Made by a program: the position numbers and the translations under genes. This document shows positions 20,433 to 30,217 of a stretch of DNA of 53,618 bases, piece after piece (position 1 is the first letter of the stretch; every line of letters starts with the position of its first letter). The notes below the pieces were generated by a model. That model saw only the letters and a list, made by a program, of their open reading frames with translations. It had not been told where the DNA came from and ran no database searches. The DNA comes from an uncultured archaeon (GTDB lineage: Archaea > Asgardarchaeota > Thorarchaeia > Thorarchaeales > Thorarchaeaceae), in the NCBI GenBank assembly GCA_964458565.1, contig CAYWJO010000012.1:23289-76906 (forward strand), written 5' to 3'.

Positions 20433-21560
20433 CTAACACGCATTGTCATCAATCTCACCATATCTATGACATCTGATCCAATGTCGCGGTTCAATTTCTC
20501 GATATTCAGGGATCTCAATCTTGCATATTTCCTTCGCGAATGCACATCGAGGATGAAACACACATCCTGATGGTAGGTCTGTCAAAACTGGAGGTTCTCC
20601 AGGAATTCCACGAAGCGCAGGGCGTTTTCCTCCTGCTCTCATTTGCATCATTGCTATTGTCGGGAATGATGTCATCAAACCCATGGTATACGGATGACCT
20701 GGTTTGTGGAACATCTGAACCGCATCACCAAATTCCATTATTTTGCCAGCATACATCACAGCGACTCTGTCCGCAAGTTCAGCTATTACTCCTGCATCAT
20801 GGCTGATAATAATGCTTGAGACATCGAAATCAATTTTTATCATGTTTAGAACATTCAGAATTTGTCTTTGGATTGTGACATCGAGTGCGCTAGTCGGTTC
20901 ATCTGCGATGACTAGGAATGGGCCATTCACTAACGACATAGCAATCAATACTCGCTGAGCTTCTCCTCCACTGAAGCTACCCGGGTCTAGAACATACCTT
21001 ATTTTTGAATCTCCTAATTGCACTAAGTCTAAAAAGTCCAAGACCTTCTTCTTCAATTCAATAAGTCGAACATTTTCATCATGAATTTCTACTGTTTCAC
21101 CGGTCTGCCAGCCAATGCTATACTGTGGGTTCAGGGCTCGGGTAAGTCCTTGAGGAATCATTGATATCTGCTCACCACGAATCTTTACCAGTTCCTCTTC
21201 ATCCATCCGAGTTAGATCCATTCCTCTAAATATAACACTCCCACTGACTCCTGGTCGTTCCTCTGTACCAGATTTTTTAGCCTTGTCAAATTCTTGTGCA
21301 AGTCCAGGTATGTTGGATGTGCCAGCCGCATATTTTGCAACCCGATTGAATAGCTGCATGATAGCTAATGCGAGTGAACTCTTCCCACAACCGCTTTCAC
21401 CTAGAAGACCTACACATTCGCCTGGAAATATTGTGAACGAAACATCATCAACAGCTTTTACATATCCCTTGGAAACAAGATAATATGCTCTAAGGTTCTT
21501 GACTTCTAGGATAGGTTCAGTTTCGGTCATCACAGGCACGATAGTTGTCGAGCTCTTCAT
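20433..21560 (-). CDS. OppD/DppD-like ABC ATPase (stand-alone)
   Basis: GESGCGKS, FSGGEAQR, IADEPT, SHD and GCVFHPRC. The true start may be 21530. Confidence 0.85.
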   Translation of the reverse strand: MKSSTTIVPVMTETEPILEVKNLRAYYLVSKGYVKAVDDVSFTIFPGECVGLLGESGCGKSSLALAIMQLFNRVAKYAAGTSNIPGLAQEFDKAKKSGTEERPGVSGSVIFRGMDLTRMDEEELVKIRGEQISMIPQGLTRALNPQYSIGWQTGETVEIHDENVRLIELKKKVLDFLDLVQLGDSKIRYVLDPGSFSGGEAQRVLIAMSLVNGPFLVIADEPTSALDVTIQRQILNVLNMIKIDFDVSSIIISHDAGVIAELADRVAVMYAGKIMEFGDAVQMFHKPGHPYTMGLMTSFPTIAMMQMRAGGKRPALRGIPGEPPVLTDLPSGCVFHPRCAFAKEICKIEIPEYREIEPRHWIRCHRYGEIDDNAC

Positions 21561-21642
21561 GTTATTAAAGCGTATTACCTATGCATTCGCAAGCGTCCAA
21601 TGTATTAATGTAGCCCATTATCTGAAATGGCTGAACGAATTG

Positions 21643-21804
21643 GTGATAATTATAGCAGATGCGAGGGTATTCTTTACTTATAGGAACACGAGTTCAAGGT
21701 ACAATATGTTAGATAAATTAGAGCACATCTTCAAGAAACTTGGACTCGATACTTCGATTGCACATGGCGATAGGGTCATGATTAATACGCCTATGGGACT
21801 ATGA
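21643..21804 (+). pseudogene. Decayed duplicate of the DUF362 gene 5' end
   Basis: VFFTYRNTSSRYNMLDKLEHIFKKLGLDTSIAHGDRVMINT aligns with VYFSDRKSQTYYNMIDKLEHVFQKLGLNEVIKPGFKVMIKT. Confidence 0.8.
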
Positions 21805-21902
21805 TATTGTAGACTTGAGTAAAACATGAAGTTCAAAGGTGACCCTTTCGATTGATTGATTAGTCACCCAGAGACTAATCCCAAATCATTGGAGTGAAGA
21901 AG

Positions 21903-23099
21903 ATGAATAAGTCGGTAGTATATTTCTCTGATAGAAAATCTCAGACATACTATAACATGATAGATAAACTAGAACACGTGTTCCAAAAACTTGGACTTAA
22001 CGAGGTGATTAAGCCTGGTTTCAAGGTGATGATTAAGACACACTTTGGGACATGGGGGAATACAAACTATCTACGTCCAGTATACGTGCGAAAGGTAGTT
22101 GATATGGTTAAAGAGCTAGGTGCTCATCCATTTGTAGCAGAATCATGCGGGCTTGGATATGGTTCAGGAGGGAGCTATGGCGGCAGGACAACCGCAACTG
22201 AATATATCTCAATGGCTGCATTAAACGGTTTTAACGAGGGAACAGTTGGAGCACCAATAATAATGGCGGATGGATACTGGGGTACCGATGTCTATAAGGT
22301 AAAGGTTGATGGCGAGTACATCAAAGAAGTCGATGTAGCTGCAGCTACGTTGGATAGTGATATAGTCATCATGCTGAGTCATGCGAAAGGGCATGGGCTT
22401 GGTGGTCTCGGTGGAGCTATCAAAAATCTAGGAATTGGCCTTGTTGGAAAACGAGGAAAGGCTGCCATGCATTTTGGTGAGGTGTCAATTGATGAATCAA
22501 AATGTCTTGGTCCAGAATGCTCCAAATGCTTGAAGGTTTGTCCTGTGCGATGCATATCAATGAATCAGAAAGCTACAATCGATTTCGATAAGTGCATCAC
22601 TTGTGGGCATTGTAGGAGTGTATGCTCTCGTGATGCTAAAGCCAACGCTATCAATATCGCATGGAATCCTCCACATACTCAAGCACCTCGATTTGTTGAA
22701 AACGCAGTAGGTGTGGTAAATTCAATTGGTTCAGAAAAATTCTACTATATCAATCTCGCTTTAGATATCAGTGACAAGTGTGATTGTTGGAATACCGGAG
22801 CTGAATTGTTAGTTCATGACTTGGGTATCTTTGGCTCAAAGGATCCGCTTGCTATCGATCAAGCCTGTTTTGATGCAATCAATGAAGCTCCCCCAAATCC
22901 GATGTCATCAGTTTCAGAATCGCAACTTGGAGAAGACAAGCTGAAGGTTGCTCATGACCAAAAAGATCCTGAAACTGGAGATCTCATATCCCTTGCTGAT
23001 GTTCAGTTTAAGCATGCAGAGAAAATGGGTTTGGGAAAGAGGGAGTATGAACTTATCACCCTCACTAAGGATCCTCCAGTGCGAAGCGGACCCCATTAG
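21903..23099 (+). CDS. DUF362 domain protein with inserted 4Fe-4S ferredoxin
   Basis: K.HFG, SHAKGH..GGAIKNLGIG, Cys clusters (CSKCLKVCP, CITCGHCRSVC), CDC and DPLAIDQAC. Confidence 0.85.
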   Translation: MNKSVVYFSDRKSQTYYNMIDKLEHVFQKLGLNEVIKPGFKVMIKTHFGTWGNTNYLRPVYVRKVVDMVKELGAHPFVAESCGLGYGSGGSYGGRTTATEYISMAALNGFNEGTVGAPIIMADGYWGTDVYKVKVDGEYIKEVDVAAATLDSDIVIMLSHAKGHGLGGLGGAIKNLGIGLVGKRGKAAMHFGEVSIDESKCLGPECSKCLKVCPVRCISMNQKATIDFDKCITCGHCRSVCSRDAKANAINIAWNPPHTQAPRFVENAVGVVNSIGSEKFYYINLALDISDKCDCWNTGAELLVHDLGIFGSKDPLAIDQACFDAINEAPPNPMSSVSESQLGEDKLKVAHDQKDPETGDLISLADVQFKHAEKMGLGKREYELITLTKDPPVRSGPH

Positions 23100-23118
23100 T
23101 CTGGATGAGTGATGAAAA

Positions 23119-23637
23119 ATGGAATGGTTTAGACAAGCGCTTATCGAGGCCCACAAGAAACAAAGAAAGCATCTAGAGTGGATCCTGTCTGGCTTAGAAG
23201 AGGAACAATATTCAAGACAAGTGACCGATGAACAGGTCCTAACAAGCATTGAAAATACGGTCCGTCATATTGGGAATGCTGAAACCTATTGGTTCCATAA
23301 ATCGAATCACAATATTGGACCGCCAATAGGTGAGATTGGATATAATGGTATTATAGAACGACTTGCTGAGAATTCTAAAAAGATAGCGGAAGTCTTGTTA
23401 TCTTGCGATTCGAAGCAACTCCAAATTCGTACAGGCATGAATAAACAGACTCCATCAGTTGCGTGGGCGCTCTTGAGAACATACCAGCATGGTCTCTACC
23501 ACGCTGGACAAATTTCCAAACTTCGAAGAATCCTGGGTGCGGAAGACCTACCCCCTCATAAAGATGAACTCTGGAGTAATGCTGTGGATGCAGTTATCGA
23601 CATTATCACAAGATTACTCGCCGAGAATGTAGCTTGA
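23119..23637 (+). CDS. DinB/YfiT-family protein
   Basis: RHIGNAETYW and QHGLYHAGQI His triad. Confidence 0.8.
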   Translation: MEWFRQALIEAHKKQRKHLEWILSGLEEEQYSRQVTDEQVLTSIENTVRHIGNAETYWFHKSNHNIGPPIGEIGYNGIIERLAENSKKIAEVLLSCDSKQLQIRTGMNKQTPSVAWALLRTYQHGLYHAGQISKLRRILGAEDLPPHKDELWSNAVDAVIDIITRLLAENVA

Positions 23638-23640
23638 GGA

Positions 23641-24783
23641 TTAAAGTTCAAATTCAGGAAGCTCTTCGTATCTATGACAAAACATCCAATGCCCGGGTTC
23701 CACCTCTCGATATTCAGGAATCCTCTCTTTACAGATATCCTTGGAATGTTCACAGCGTTGTTGGAATGGGCAACCTGGTGGTGGATTACTCATATCTGGA
23801 GGGTTTCCGGGAATTCCTCGAATCCTGAGTCCCTTTTCTCTTATCTTTCTAATTATTTCCATTGAGGGATTACTCATAAGAAAGGCTCGTGTAAATGGAT
23901 GTCCTGGTTTCTTCATTATAGTTGTAACATCACCAAACTCCATGATATAACCCGCTGACATAACCCCAACTTTGTCTGTTGTTTCAGCGATTAATCCTTG
24001 ATCATTTGAAATCATCAAGATGCTAAGGTCCATTTTCTTCCTCACAATTCCTATAGCATCCATGATTCTTTTCTGTACACCCACATCAACTGCTGTTGTT
24101 GGTTCGTCAGCAATGATAAGTTCTGGATTCATGATTAATGCCATAGCAATGAGTATGCGCTGGTCCTCTCCCATACTAAATTCTCTTGGTTTGAAAGCCT
24201 TTCGAATATCAACATCACCTAATTCTATCAAATCCAATGCCTGAAGAACCATCCTCTGAACTTGTCTCTCCGTCAGCATATCATCTTCATCATGTGCCCA
24301 GAGTCCTTCTGCGGTTTGAATATCAATAGACGTGTACGGATTCAAACTCTTCATAGTACCCTGAGGGATGTAGGTAATTCTATCTCCTCGTATCTTACGA
24401 TATTCCTTTTCATCGAGAGTGAGGATGTCCTGTCCTTTAAACCAAATATGGCCCTCTACTCCGGGTAATTCCATCCCATAATCTTCAGAGGTCAGTCCCT
24501 TCTTTCGAGCTTCTTTTCGCAAATCCCATAATTTCTTGGTATCCTCATCACCTGCATCTGATGCGAAACTTGCCATACGTTCAAAGATGCCAAGGATAGA
24601 TAATGCGACAGATGACTTTCCAGACCCTGATTCTCCAAAAAGCCCAACTGATTCTCCTTGCAGTATCTCGAAATTAATTCCATTGACTGCTTTGACAAGA
24701 CCCCTCTTAGAGGTAAAATTTGCCTTGAGGTTCTCAATCTTCAATAGTGGCTCATCGTTGCCTGGCATGGTTAACACATCCAA
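23641..24783 (-). CDS. OppD/DppD-like ABC ATPase with degenerate motifs
   Basis: GESGSGKS, FSMGEDQR, IADEPT, ISND (switch His replaced by Asn) and GCPFQQRC. Confidence 0.85.
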   Translation of the reverse strand: MDVLTMPGNDEPLLKIENLKANFTSKRGLVKAVNGINFEILQGESVGLFGESGSGKSSVALSILGIFERMASFASDAGDEDTKKLWDLRKEARKKGLTSEDYGMELPGVEGHIWFKGQDILTLDEKEYRKIRGDRITYIPQGTMKSLNPYTSIDIQTAEGLWAHDEDDMLTERQVQRMVLQALDLIELGDVDIRKAFKPREFSMGEDQRILIAMALIMNPELIIADEPTTAVDVGVQKRIMDAIGIVRKKMDLSILMISNDQGLIAETTDKVGVMSAGYIMEFGDVTTIMKKPGHPFTRAFLMSNPSMEIIRKIREKGLRIRGIPGNPPDMSNPPPGCPFQQRCEHSKDICKERIPEYREVEPGHWMFCHRYEELPEFEL

Positions 24784-25082
24784 TCTGAACCCTCAAATAT
24801 CCTACTACACGCGCATATATAGTTTGAATATTCACGTGACACTATGATAACTAGTTGGTAGTTGATGTATCAGGTGGATCAGGAACCCATGAAGGAAGTT
24901 GAGAACTGGTGGGTTAATTCCGATTTATTCATTCAACGCATTGGCAGGAATCCAACTCCGTAAAACTGTTATCAAAACTACAACACTCCGATTCTATGCA
25001 TCTGATATTGTGAACTGATTACTTTCTCCACAATGATTAAAACACAGTGATAACTCGCGCCTTTCTACTCGGAGACAAAAAA

Positions 25083-26303
25083 ATGAGAAAGACCAATGCT
25101 GCCACGATTGCTTTTTTTCTAACGTTTGCTCTGCAATCGATGGGACAAGCCATTATTTGGCAATTCATAACCCTCTTTCTGAGACATGAATTACATGCAG
25201 ATTCTTTCTTACTACTAACACTAGGGTGGGTCGCACCAGCATTCATGACAATGGCAGCTGTCAATTTCTGGGGTTGGTTCTCTGATGGTATGCGAAGCAG
25301 GAAACCCTTCATGATTATAGGTTTCATTGGATACGCTGCCACCTTTCTTCTCATATCCTTCGTCGGAACCTTCACGGAGTATCTAATGATATCAATGTTC
25401 GGAGCATTTTTCTCAGCAGCAGCACTACCCGTCGGTCAAGCATATCTCACCACAGATACTGAGAAGAAGGGAGAACGATTAGGTATTTTTTTAGCAGTAC
25501 AGTCTGGTGGGTGGTTGCTTGGAGCTTTTAGTAGTGGATTTCTTTATGACTTAATTGGAATGTTCAATCTATATCGTATAGCAGCAATAGTGTGTATTGG
25601 AGCTACAGGAATTTGTGCATTATTTGTTAAAGACCGTCCTCCAGAAAAGCACGAACGAGAGATAGCTGGATTGGGTGAGGTCCTAAGAAGACCTGGGATG
25701 GCGAGACTAACAACTGCCGCCGGTTTGAGTTCGCTGGGTATGAACGCAATCGCATTCATGATGGCAATTATGATTGTTGATGAATTACAAGGTGAAGAAT
25801 TTCTTGTGGGTCTTGCCAATACAGTTGCTACTTTCATAGCAGTAATTGCTACAGGTTACATTGGACGCATTATTGACAGACGCGGTCCAGTGAGGGTACT
25901 AATCCTGGCATATGTTTCGTATGTTGTATTTGCCATTGGTTTCGGACTTGCTAGAGACCCTATAACAGCTGCAATACTTTGGGCTTTACCAATTTATCCA
26001 CTTTCCTCAACTGCTGCTTATACTTTTGCCTCTTTAATCTCGGCAGATGATGAAAGGGGTCGAGCTATGGGTCTCATAAATGGTGCACAGAACGCGGGAT
26101 CTGCAATAGGACCAGTCATTGGTGGACTTTTTGCTGAATACATCTTCTTTGCAGTACAACCAATATCTTGGATCAACATGATTTTCAACCTAATTGCATT
26201 ATTCATAGCTATAACTCTAATTGATATTGGTCGTAAACTACGAGACACCAAGACTACAGATGAAATACCAATTCCCCCTATCGAGCCATTGCAGGTTTTT
26301 TAA
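25083..26303 (+). CDS. MFS transporter
   Basis: About 12 TM helices; motif A-like GWFSDGMRSRK and GRIIDRRGP. Confidence 0.85.
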   Translation: MRKTNAATIAFFLTFALQSMGQAIIWQFITLFLRHELHADSFLLLTLGWVAPAFMTMAAVNFWGWFSDGMRSRKPFMIIGFIGYAATFLLISFVGTFTEYLMISMFGAFFSAAALPVGQAYLTTDTEKKGERLGIFLAVQSGGWLLGAFSSGFLYDLIGMFNLYRIAAIVCIGATGICALFVKDRPPEKHEREIAGLGEVLRRPGMARLTTAAGLSSLGMNAIAFMMAIMIVDELQGEEFLVGLANTVATFIAVIATGYIGRIIDRRGPVRVLILAYVSYVVFAIGFGLARDPITAAILWALPIYPLSSTAAYTFASLISADDERGRAMGLINGAQNAGSAIGPVIGGLFAEYIFFAVQPISWINMIFNLIALFIAITLIDIGRKLRDTKTTDEIPIPPIEPLQVF

Positions 26304-26311
26304 ATTACAGG

Positions 26312-27499
26312 TCATTCTATAGGAATTTCATTTCCATTGATTATCACATGTTCAACCTTGCTATAGAACTCAAATGGATGTCCAGACCAAACTACGACAT
26401 CTGCATCTTTTCCTGGTTCTAGAGAGCCTACTCGATCTTCTATACCTAGGATTTCAGCGGGATTCATAGTAACACATTGCAATGCTTCTTCTCTTGACAT
26501 TCCATACTTGATCACATGCATTGGGAGGAGTGGAAAGTAGTTCATGGGTGTGAGAGAATCAGTCTGTAATGCGACTTTTACTCCAGCCTTAGCAAGAGCT
26601 ACAGCGGTTTCAAATCCGCGTTCTCTTGTTTCTGGTTTGCTGACCCAATATATGGTTGGACCAACAACGGCAGGCACTCCCTTCTTTGCAAGAAATTCAG
26701 CAATTTTGTGCCCTTCAGTGCAGTGAATGATGACTAATCTCAGATTGAACTCTTCCGCGATACGTACTACTGTGACAATGTCATCAGCACGGTGTGCATG
26801 TGCATGCAGTGGAATCTCCCGTTTCAGAACTTTGGCTATCATTTCCATGCTGAGGTCACGTTTAGGTGGTGTCGGAGGACTCTCACCTTTCTCTTTTGTC
26901 TCTCTCGATTTTACTCCAAAATTGGTCCATTCTTCTAGGTAGTTCTGACCATCAGTAAAAGTCTTGCGAAGTAGAGATGCAACTCCCATTCGTGTTGAAG
27001 GTGTACGTTTTTCATCTCCATGGACTCTCTTCGGATTCTCTCCCATTGCCATTTTGAGACCTGATGGTGCCATGACTATCATTTCATCGACAACGTTGCC
27101 GCCTAGTGGTTTGACAACAAATGACTGACCCCCAATAACATTCCCTGAACCCGGACCAGTATTGATGCATGTCACTCCCCCTAAGACGACTTCTTTCAGC
27201 GATGGTTCTTGTGGATTATAACTATCAATTCCCCTCAACTCTGGTGTAATTGGAGTGGTCATCTCATTTCCATCACTCCCAGCCCATCCGATTGAACCAT
27301 CAAAGAGACCTTGATGTGTATGTGCATCTATAAAACCTGGAAGGATGAATTTTCTCGAAGCATCAATAACTTCTGTGTTATCAGGTATCTTTACATCACT
27401 TCCTACAGCCTTAATCTTGCCGTCCTCTATCAAAACCGTACCATTTTCTATCAGACCATTAACAGGACAAAGAATTGTTCCATTTTTGATGGCTTTCAT
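26312..27499 (-). CDS. Metal-dependent amidohydrolase
   Basis: PGFIDAHTH, KMAMGENPK, HAHRADD, HCTEG and GSLEPGKDAD. Confidence 0.9.
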   Translation of the reverse strand: MKAIKNGTILCPVNGLIENGTVLIEDGKIKAVGSDVKIPDNTEVIDASRKFILPGFIDAHTHQGLFDGSIGWAGSDGNEMTTPITPELRGIDSYNPQEPSLKEVVLGGVTCINTGPGSGNVIGGQSFVVKPLGGNVVDEMIVMAPSGLKMAMGENPKRVHGDEKRTPSTRMGVASLLRKTFTDGQNYLEEWTNFGVKSRETKEKGESPPTPPKRDLSMEMIAKVLKREIPLHAHAHRADDIVTVVRIAEEFNLRLVIIHCTEGHKIAEFLAKKGVPAVVGPTIYWVSKPETRERGFETAVALAKAGVKVALQTDSLTPMNYFPLLPMHVIKYGMSREEALQCVTMNPAEILGIEDRVGSLEPGKDADVVVWSGHPFEFYSKVEHVIINGNEIPIE

Positions 27500-27602
27500 T
27501 CAACTACCTCAATCAAACTTGATAATTCAATAAATGAAAAGTGTTCTTGTCTGACTTATTCTAAAAGAATGTTGGAGGGGTATTAGACCCCTCGTAATAA
27601 CA

Positions 27603-28610
27603 TTACAGTTTTGAAGCAACTAGACTTGTCAAATCTGCCATTCGATGTGAATAACCAGCTTCGTTGTCATACCATCCAAGCACTTTGACAACATTACCAA
27701 CGGTCACAGTAGCAAGGGAATCATAGATGCAAGATCTTGGATCGCCGATGAAGTCTGAGGATACTAGTGGTTCGTCACAATACCCGAGGTATCCTTTCAA
27801 CTCCGCTTCAGAGTATCTCTTGAAAGCAACGTTCACCTTGTCCACATCAACATCTTTCTCCACAACCGTACTCAAGTCAACAATGGAACCATCCATAACT
27901 GGAACTCGTATTGCTCCACCAGTCAATTTTCCATCTGCTTTTGGATAGACCAATCCAATTGCTTTTGCGGCTCCTGTTGTCGTAGGTATTATATTCCAGC
28001 ACCCAGCTCTAGCCCTGCGCAAATCACTGTGCTGTAGGTCAAGCATTCGTTGGTCATTCGTCACAGCATGGATTGTGGTCATGACTCCGTTTACAAGCCC
28101 AAAACTTTCGTCTATGACTTTCACCATTGGTGCCAAACAATTAGTCGTACAAGATGCATTTGAAATTACATGATGCTCGTCAGGTTTGTATTCTTTCTCA
28201 TTTATCCCTAAGACAACTGTAAACATAGAGTTCTTTCCAGGTGCACTTACGAGAACTTTCTTTGCACCAGCATGAATGTGTTTTTCAGCATCCTCTTTCT
28301 TTCTGAAGTAGCCAGTACTTTCAATAACTATGTCAATGTCCATCTTTCCCCATGGTAGATTAGCGGGGTCTCTATCAGAAAGGACTTTGATTTCTGACCC
28401 ATTGACTAAAATGGAATCACCCGATACCTTTACTTCGCCTCGGAATTTACCCATGACTGTATCATACTTAAGTAGATGTGCTAGGGTTTCTGCATCCGTA
28501 AGATCATTCATCGCGACTACTTCATAGTCTTTCTTTCCAGCTTCAATTACAGATCGTAAGAAGCCACGGCCTATGCGGCCAAATCCATTGATTGCTACAC
28601 GCGCTGCCAT
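27603..28610 (-). CDS. gap: Class I (bacterial/eukaryotic-type) glyceraldehyde-3-phosphate dehydrogenase
   Basis: INGFGRIGR, catalytic SNASCTTNCLAP, TGAAKA and WYDNE.GYS. Confidence 0.95.
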   Translation of the reverse strand: MAARVAINGFGRIGRGFLRSVIEAGKKDYEVVAMNDLTDAETLAHLLKYDTVMGKFRGEVKVSGDSILVNGSEIKVLSDRDPANLPWGKMDIDIVIESTGYFRKKEDAEKHIHAGAKKVLVSAPGKNSMFTVVLGINEKEYKPDEHHVISNASCTTNCLAPMVKVIDESFGLVNGVMTTIHAVTNDQRMLDLQHSDLRRARAGCWNIIPTTTGAAKAIGLVYPKADGKLTGGAIRVPVMDGSIVDLSTVVEKDVDVDKVNVAFKRYSEAELKGYLGYCDEPLVSSDFIGDPRSCIYDSLATVTVGNVVKVLGWYDNEAGYSHRMADLTSLVASKL

Positions 28611-28676
28611 ATTTCCACACCAGCTTCGAATCTTTTTCAAATGAGTTAAAAAATAACTATGTTATAAAATCATCCG

Positions 28677-29921
28677 TTAAATCAAGGAATCGTCATCCAA
28701 TATTGTCATTGTTTTATCCTCGACTACTTGTTGATATCGTTTCATACCAAAATAGTATGCAGGTATTAGAAGGAACTCAACAAACGCTGTAAAGATGAAG
28801 GGTGCAGATGGACTTATTGTGTCCCATAGGATTCCTCCTATTAGCGGTCCTGAAAATCTTGCTGTTCCCATGGCTGCTTCAAACATTCCAAATCCTTCTC
28901 CCGCTTTCCCCTCATAGACTGTTCCTAATACTGATGACATTACAACAAATGCTCCAGTACCTGCAACGCCTTGAATTGTGAACAGTATCGCGATTATAAG
29001 TAGCGAATACATAGGATCTGTGAAAATGTACGGGAGAATTACCATTAGAAATGTGGTGACAGAAACTGCGAGTGCTGCTGCAGACACAACTACTACCTTA
29101 TTCATTCTGTCTGCTAATTTGCCAATTGGCTCGCCAAGAATTGATGACGCAATACCAGATGGTAGATAGATTATAGCAAGAGTCGCAATATCTTGAGTAA
29201 ACAGCTCGAGAATATATAGTTCAACGAATGGTGATAGGAATGCTAGTGCGAATGCATCTATCGCAGCTGCAAGAATCAGTGCTCCAATGCTTCTTCCTAC
29301 CAGTTTCTGCATGTCTATATGATTCGGCTTTATCGTTTTTTGAACTAGAGGGGGTCTCACGTTAATTACTATTAATCCCCCCAAAATATTCATCAGAGCA
29401 TAAAAAAGAAACATGGTTTGGATATCAAATGTGAATAGGATGAAGAAACCTATGACTGCTCCAATAACACTACCTCGTGCATTGTATGCAGAACGTCTTC
29501 CAAATGCTTCAGATCTATTTTCACGAATAACTCGTTCTGAGATTTCTGCATCGCTTCCAACCCAATAGAATCCTGCTCCGAGTCCCCAAATCAGGCTGTT
29601 AACAATCAGCATCTCAATAGAGATGAACCAGATTGCACTTGCCATTCCGATATACGCGAATCCTCTTATCGAACTTCCAAAGAGAATTGACTCTCGCCTT
29701 CTTCCTCCCTTAGCTATCATGCCTGCTATGGGTGAGAAGATTGCAGACCCTAATGTAAGAAAAGAAAATATCAACGCAACCTGAAGGGCGTTTGCACCCA
29801 TTCCAGCAGCTGCAATTGGTAGCACAAATCTAACAACAAAAAAACCCAAGCTACAAAGAAAAGACGATTGATAAATAGATTTCAATGCTGGCCAATCACT
29901 TATTGGTGATTCATCAATCAT
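28677..29921 (-). CDS. MFS transporter
   Basis: About 12 TM helices; GKLADRMNK motif. Confidence 0.85.
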   Translation of the reverse strand: MIDESPISDWPALKSIYQSSFLCSLGFFVVRFVLPIAAAGMGANALQVALIFSFLTLGSAIFSPIAGMIAKGGRRRESILFGSSIRGFAYIGMASAIWFISIEMLIVNSLIWGLGAGFYWVGSDAEISERVIRENRSEAFGRRSAYNARGSVIGAVIGFFILFTFDIQTMFLFYALMNILGGLIVINVRPPLVQKTIKPNHIDMQKLVGRSIGALILAAAIDAFALAFLSPFVELYILELFTQDIATLAIIYLPSGIASSILGEPIGKLADRMNKVVVVSAAALAVSVTTFLMVILPYIFTDPMYSLLIIAILFTIQGVAGTGAFVVMSSVLGTVYEGKAGEGFGMFEAAMGTARFSGPLIGGILWDTISPSAPFIFTAFVEFLLIPAYYFGMKRYQQVVEDKTMTILDDDSLI

Positions 29922-30036
29922 CTCTTGTCACAATATTCCAAAGTCGTGCAAAGATAAACATTGGCAGTCCAACCGTCTAAACCTGTAAATTCTTATTGAT
30001 GATATGGATTCTCCATGCACATAAGGAGAAATCAGA

Positions 30037-30189
30037 ATGAGTAAACATGACGAACATCTTTGTTCATATTCAAAACATCATGGTGTTGAAGATATGAAAC
30101 CTCGTGTTAAGAACGCGAAATTCATCTGTGAGGTTTGCGGTCGCGTTGCTAACGATAAAGACTATCTCTGTAGGCCAGTAGACCTTTAG
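30037..30189 (+). CDS. 50-aa Cys/His small protein (probable zinc-binding)
   Basis: AAGGAG SD; MSKHDEHLCSYSKHHGVEDMKPRVKNAKFICEVCGRVANDKDYLCRPVDL. Below the ORF-track cutoff. Confidence 0.75.
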   Translation: MSKHDEHLCSYSKHHGVEDMKPRVKNAKFICEVCGRVANDKDYLCRPVDL

Positions 30190-30217
30190 ACATTATTTGA
30201 TGACAGGAGGTTAAGTT

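Noticed and set aside
24850-25030. Possible minus-strand gene fragment (…PSWVPDPPDTSTTN)
   Set aside because: It is too short and interrupted to support a call.
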